Shown here: one piece after another, positions 7,701 to 10,516 of the stretch
Layout of the letters: each line of letters starts with the position of its first letter
Position numbering within the stretch: the stretch's first letter is position 1
DNA from: Candidatus Micrarchaeia archaeon
GTDB lineage: Archaea > Micrarchaeota > Micrarchaeia > Burarchaeales > JAVZCV01
Assembly: GCA_038874215.1 (NCBI GenBank)
Contig: JAVZCV010000029.1
Coordinates: 1 to 10,516 of the forward strand
Length of the DNA: 10,516 nucleotides
Reading direction: 5' to 3'
Notes under the pieces: model-generated
Databases searched by the model: none
Seen by the model: the letters and a program-made list of their open reading frames with translations, nothing else
Told to the model about the DNA's origin: nothing
Translations under genes and position numbers: made by a program

Positions 7701-8308
7701 TGATAAAGATAAACTGGAATTGTATTCCTGTCCAGATAGCATGCTGCCCGCGTTGCGCGCGGCAACATGGGCACACCATTTATTGTTATCCTTGTTCCTG
7801 TTGTCCCATCATAGTAATTCAGCTTTGTTGTAGGCTTTCCTATCATCCACTTGACGGCAAACCCGAGCGAGCCATTACAGTACCTATTTGCTTCATCAAA
7901 AGCAGTAAAACTTGGTCCCTGTCCAACCATGAAATACTTCAGATTTGGTTTTACTTTATCGGGGTTTTCTCCAAAATAAATCTCTGTGAATTTATTCTTT
8001 CCATGGTATGCGGGCGGGTAGGAATCGCCAATTGAAGCGCAATCTTTGTCAATCCAGCAATGGCCGTTTCGCATTGAACTTACGCCACCGCCAATCGGGT
8101 TACCAGTAATCCAATACCAGAACCTTGCCCACCAGGTTGATAGTGTCTCATTTTTACATACTATACACATGCACGGATCTTCATTAAAACACAGATTGTC
8201 TTTCTCATACTTTACTGTTATCTCTGGCGATGCTGGGCTCAGCGTTGGCGGGGGAAGCGTGCAACCCGAAAACATAATAAGAAAAAATAATAACAGCGCC
8301 TTACGCAT
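4775..8308 (-). CDS. Large Cys-rich predicted lipoprotein with SLT lytic transglycosylase and C-terminal NlpC/P60 peptidase domains (putative bifunctional peptidoglycan hydrolase)
   Basis: Lipobox-like signal MRKALLLFFLIMFSG-C16. SLT motifs: DPLMVRAVMWLESEFDQYAVS (E698), CGLMQ, PAENICCGVSEL, LLAYNRG. NlpC/P60 motifs: YLGCPYLYGG, LDCSGFV (C1085), LRPGDII, SHVVMYFGGGEIIEA (H1137, E1149). Confidence 0.9.
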   Translation of the reverse strand: MRKALLLFFLIMFSGCTLPPPTLSPASPEITVKYEKDNLCFNEDPCMCIVCKNETLSTWWARFWYWITGNPIGGGVSSMRNGHCWIDKDCASIGDSYPPAYHGKNKFTEIYFGENPDKVKPNLKYFMVGQGPSFTAFDEANRYCNGSLGFAVKWMIGKPTTKLNYYDGTTGTRITINGVPMLPRATRAACYLDRNTIPVYLYHVVDENGKRRSLTDNDVKAIGYIAKELMKDPERKISLINPEKKDLGFVMIAPQIEFEASEVDKIKEQIRAIKANCPNVQAGDADVNHNWVPEGALRCAVVAVPKDRKALVALLGDPGPAGSEQQLCKNGRGNSEMCQKVDFIGLYGLMNKNVDCEPERSVAEMIEYSKWILWTYGIPTIWLYYGVATRYKPPFPMNEFHPDFQPGQPVGTTSPTNEDFIQCEITDEIAADAVDFMFSHIPDMTSAGIIGFAGYQWYDGRFYTGEIARENVEGTEIEGSFGFWSWDSGTNEFWQKNPFFSMWFRRCQEYYNVSRIVKKSPGVFRMESDDFLQVPLVFAGRGANLSFCDAGDVYQQYMNILGETEPDPKIEPERYKEFKAYRYGKPVNCDANCQNCEVGCPNGQVIKKYPDGVCRCTIVPMPRYFGCEYCLSPPKPPREWVAWGGGPLPPIQSPDPNTGVSPDPRYEKICVPYDYLIRENAEKCEFDPLMVRAVMWLESEFDQYAVSCESTYGVRDDDTSGCLINTPASPEKTSALSNCPHGDEGIACGLMQTISSTNTMTSMYGKSVCGPDLSCGDPNGYNPFKPAENICCGVSELCNAWEEMKRFVESESEQVPSQYRVNPAVPQYVNVREELGLSGDPEEYWDRWVIMFFTLLAYNRGVEGAKQVFWDWISLKYCRDPGPENYCERVEDPDTGDVYYDNCCDSGAQSWAGYEWCRQQTVCCRDGGSDPDGNPAVCGSESDFFEFACVYNVVPGAADQTNYPCKVIARFDAIFGEENPNSNTGCEMSCKITRGPGIGGITGGGSNCVTSAAAAYLGCPYLYGGGHGGYTGVSCIGTDIITSPEDTCGSGSGMRTTIPGGSPRCVTEVCNDAGSHAGEAIYLDCSGFVARAYADCGYTFLNNRGAADMCSASGAIRIDNPSELRPGDIIINRGGSHVVMYFGGGEIIEAPKTCLRVRKRPLMASDIGTMCRYPGVS

Positions 8309-8310
8309 GA

Positions 8311-8347
8311 TTCTCCTTTTGTGTATCCAAATTTATATATTCTTTCT
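8311..8347 (-). promoter_or_regulatory. Putative BRE-TATA promoter and SD of the hydrolase gene
   Basis: The minus strand reads GAAAGAA-TATATAAA (TATA at 8339-8332), then AAGGAG (8318-8313) 4 nt before ATG 8308. Confidence 0.6.
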
Positions 8348-8358
8348 AATAACATGCT

Positions 8359-10516
8359 TCATCTCCATTCAACATGCCCGCAGGAATCGCATCTTGCCAT
8401 ATGTGTATACTTGCCACAGTTGGTACAAATGTGCGGTCTAACACCTGCTGTCTGTGGTATCTCTTGACTACCAATCCCAACGTAGTGGCGCAAATTCCAC
8501 GCTTTCATAGCAATAAACAGCGGCGGTGATAGAAGCCAGGCGGGTCCAAAGAGATACGGATTAGCAAACCCGTAGTGCATATGCACAAACTCCTGCGATC
8601 TCTGTGCCAAAAGTGCGCCCGCATCGCGGGTTCGCACATGGAACTGATGTGTATAGGCTGCTATAATATCATCAATGCCAAACATCTCCCCCGCAATATC
8701 ACTCTCAATCGCAAGCCTCGGGTGCATTGAAAATCTTCTCTGTGTTGCTTTTTCTCCGTAGTTGTATATGCTCTGCGTCTCAGGCGTTTCCCACTGTATC
8801 ATTCTTGAAGGCGCACCAAACCCTGTGTGTGTCTCTCTCTGCCATGGGCTTATCGGAGATGCTACCATGGCATTCTCACCAGCATAGCCTAGCCCAATAC
8901 CGCTTGCATAACCCGGTCCACCCAAATGTGGGCCACCATATCCATACACTTTTGGGGAGTGGAACGCGCCAATATTTCTCATATCGCCAAGCAATGGTAC
9001 CTTTCTCATATACCATTCATCACCAGTTGCGTATATGTCTCTATCCCTATGCGTCCCTATCTCAAACGGTAGAAGGCCAAATAGGTTGTACCAGTGCATT
9101 CTCTGGTGCCAGAATATGGTATGCGTTGGCGACACAAACGGCTTTAAATCTTGGTAGTGGCTATACTCATCATAATCTCTATAACCCCACGCATCATATC
9201 TTATCCTCGGCAATGCCCAGTTTCTGACATCAACCCATGCAGGAAGAAAGCCCATAATCGGAACCCGTAGCGGTGATAGCTCTAATACCCAATTATACAT
9301 TTTACTGATCGTGCTTGCTTCATCAAACCTCGTGATTGGAACCCACTCTGCAACACGCGGGGATATACCTCGTGTCTTATCACGCACCCCAACAATCCCG
9401 ATTACCTCACCATTTTCATCTTTCGTTTCTGTTTTCACATATCCAAGCATTCCCTCGTTGTCAAGCCACGTCCATATCCTCTCCTTTGCTCCCATAAGGA
9501 TCTCCCTGTCATGACGCCAGAACCAAACATTACCTCTAAGCGCATTAGATGTATCCCTACCCAATACCTCCCCGTTCTCATCGTAGAGCGGTTTGCCGTA
9601 TCTCAATTCTTCTTGAACACCCTGAATAAAAGCAATTCCTTTCTGCGCTTTATCTATATCCTCCTGGATTCTCCTCATGTTAGCCTCAACTTCGTTTGCC
9701 TTGTTATCGTCCCCTCTGGCGATAGCATCTACGTAATCTTTCCTAGCCGCATCATACTCCCCTTGGAGTTGTTTTTCCCGATACTCTATATCTCTCCTTA
9801 TGCTTTCAATCGTATCGGCATCAAACTCTGGCACAAGAATTTTCTTCAGTCTCTCATCAAACCTTGTGCTCTGCCCTGGCAGGTTCATCATTATTGCAAT
9901 GTAAGGTTTCATCTTGCTTGCAAACTCTCTTGCTTGGTTATGCCCTACAGTAAGCATCCCACCTACAACATATCCTGTTGCAATATCTGCTGCCTCCGTT
10001 GCCCTTGCTATGCCCTCATCAACACGCATCAACGTTCTCCCAAGCCTCCCTCCTATCTTTTCCCCGATAGTTCCAAGCGGAGTGCCATAAAAATACTCAT
10101 CGCTGAACCACGAGAATGGGCTGTGTATAAGACCCCTGCCCGTTCTGAACCATTCAATAGGCTGCGGGGGTCCAGACATACCCGTATGGAAATACGTCCC
10201 CAGGTACGTGCCAAATCCCCACGCCGATGTAAGTGTCTGTGGATATCTGCCTACAGGGAACTCAAGGGTCCAATAGTATGAATCATATTCTATTGTTCTT
10301 GAAAGCGCCCTTGCCATGGCCTTCACATATTTGGGTTCTTCACCCATCTGCGCGAGAATCTCCTCTCTCTTCTCTTTCTTCAACCTTGTATAATCCCTAT
10401 CAAGCTCCTTTAGAGTTCTCTCTAATTCTTCGTATTGGGTCCTTAGCTCATCCCTCCTCTTTCTAAGCAGCTCTACTTTCTCACTGTTTCCCTCTCTCCT
10501 GTAGGCGTATATTTCA
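8359..10516 (-). CDS. Large hypothetical protein, C-terminal part (coiled coils, aromatic/Gly-rich region, terminal zinc-ribbon motif); start lies beyond the right edge
   Basis: The frame stays open upstream of the listed TTG 10383 to the window end (EIYAYRREGNSEKVELLRKRRDELRTQYEELERTLKELDRDYTRL). Ends in CTNCGKYTHMARCDSCGHVEWR. Confidence 0.8.
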   Translation of the reverse strand, partial: EIYAYRREGNSEKVELLRKRRDELRTQYEELERTLKELDRDYTRLKKEKREEILAQMGEEPKYVKAMARALSRTIEYDSYYWTLEFPVGRYPQTLTSAWGFGTYLGTYFHTGMSGPPQPIEWFRTGRGLIHSPFSWFSDEYFYGTPLGTIGEKIGGRLGRTLMRVDEGIARATEAADIATGYVVGGMLTVGHNQAREFASKMKPYIAIMMNLPGQSTRFDERLKKILVPEFDADTIESIRRDIEYREKQLQGEYDAARKDYVDAIARGDDNKANEVEANMRRIQEDIDKAQKGIAFIQGVQEELRYGKPLYDENGEVLGRDTSNALRGNVWFWRHDREILMGAKERIWTWLDNEGMLGYVKTETKDENGEVIGIVGVRDKTRGISPRVAEWVPITRFDEASTISKMYNWVLELSPLRVPIMGFLPAWVDVRNWALPRIRYDAWGYRDYDEYSHYQDLKPFVSPTHTIFWHQRMHWYNLFGLLPFEIGTHRDRDIYATGDEWYMRKVPLLGDMRNIGAFHSPKVYGYGGPHLGGPGYASGIGLGYAGENAMVASPISPWQRETHTGFGAPSRMIQWETPETQSIYNYGEKATQRRFSMHPRLAIESDIAGEMFGIDDIIAAYTHQFHVRTRDAGALLAQRSQEFVHMHYGFANPYLFGPAWLLSPPLFIAMKAWNLRHYVGIGSQEIPQTAGVRPHICTNCGKYTHMARCDSCGHVEWR

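Noticed and set aside
3965-10466. Plus-strand ORFs (e.g. 6086..6847, 8727..9227, 9511..10281)
   Set aside because: They lie antisense to long, motif-bearing minus-strand genes and have no protein-like features.
3230-10516. Integrated element at the tRNA 3' end
   Set aside because: No duplicate of the tRNA 3' end and no integrase seen in the window; cannot be excluded beyond the edge.

Overview
Archaeal genomic window. EF-1alpha lacks the TACK/eukaryote GEFEAG insert and the tRNA has a non-canonical intron, which suggests DPANN, possibly Micrarchaeota (inference). The left end holds the 5' part of a GT4 glycosyltransferase on the minus strand (absent from the ORF track), divergent from a DUF1616-like membrane protein. 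Next come tuf (EF-1alpha), rps10 and tRNA-Ser(TGA); the tRNA carries a 44-nt intron at position 30/31 bounded by a bulge-helix-bulge. A VIT1/CCC1-family gene follows. The right two thirds hold three co-oriented minus-strand genes. The first is a large unknown coiled-coil/zinc-ribbon protein (partial). The second is a 1177-aa Cys-rich predicted lipoprotein with a glycoside-hydrolase-like barrel, an SLT lytic transglycosylase domain and an NlpC/P60 peptidase domain. The third is a translationally coupled, membrane-anchored surface protein that shares a Cys-rich module with the second. The main point of interest is an apparently bifunctional, surface-anchored peptidoglycan hydrolase system in an archaeon, which should have no peptidoglycan.
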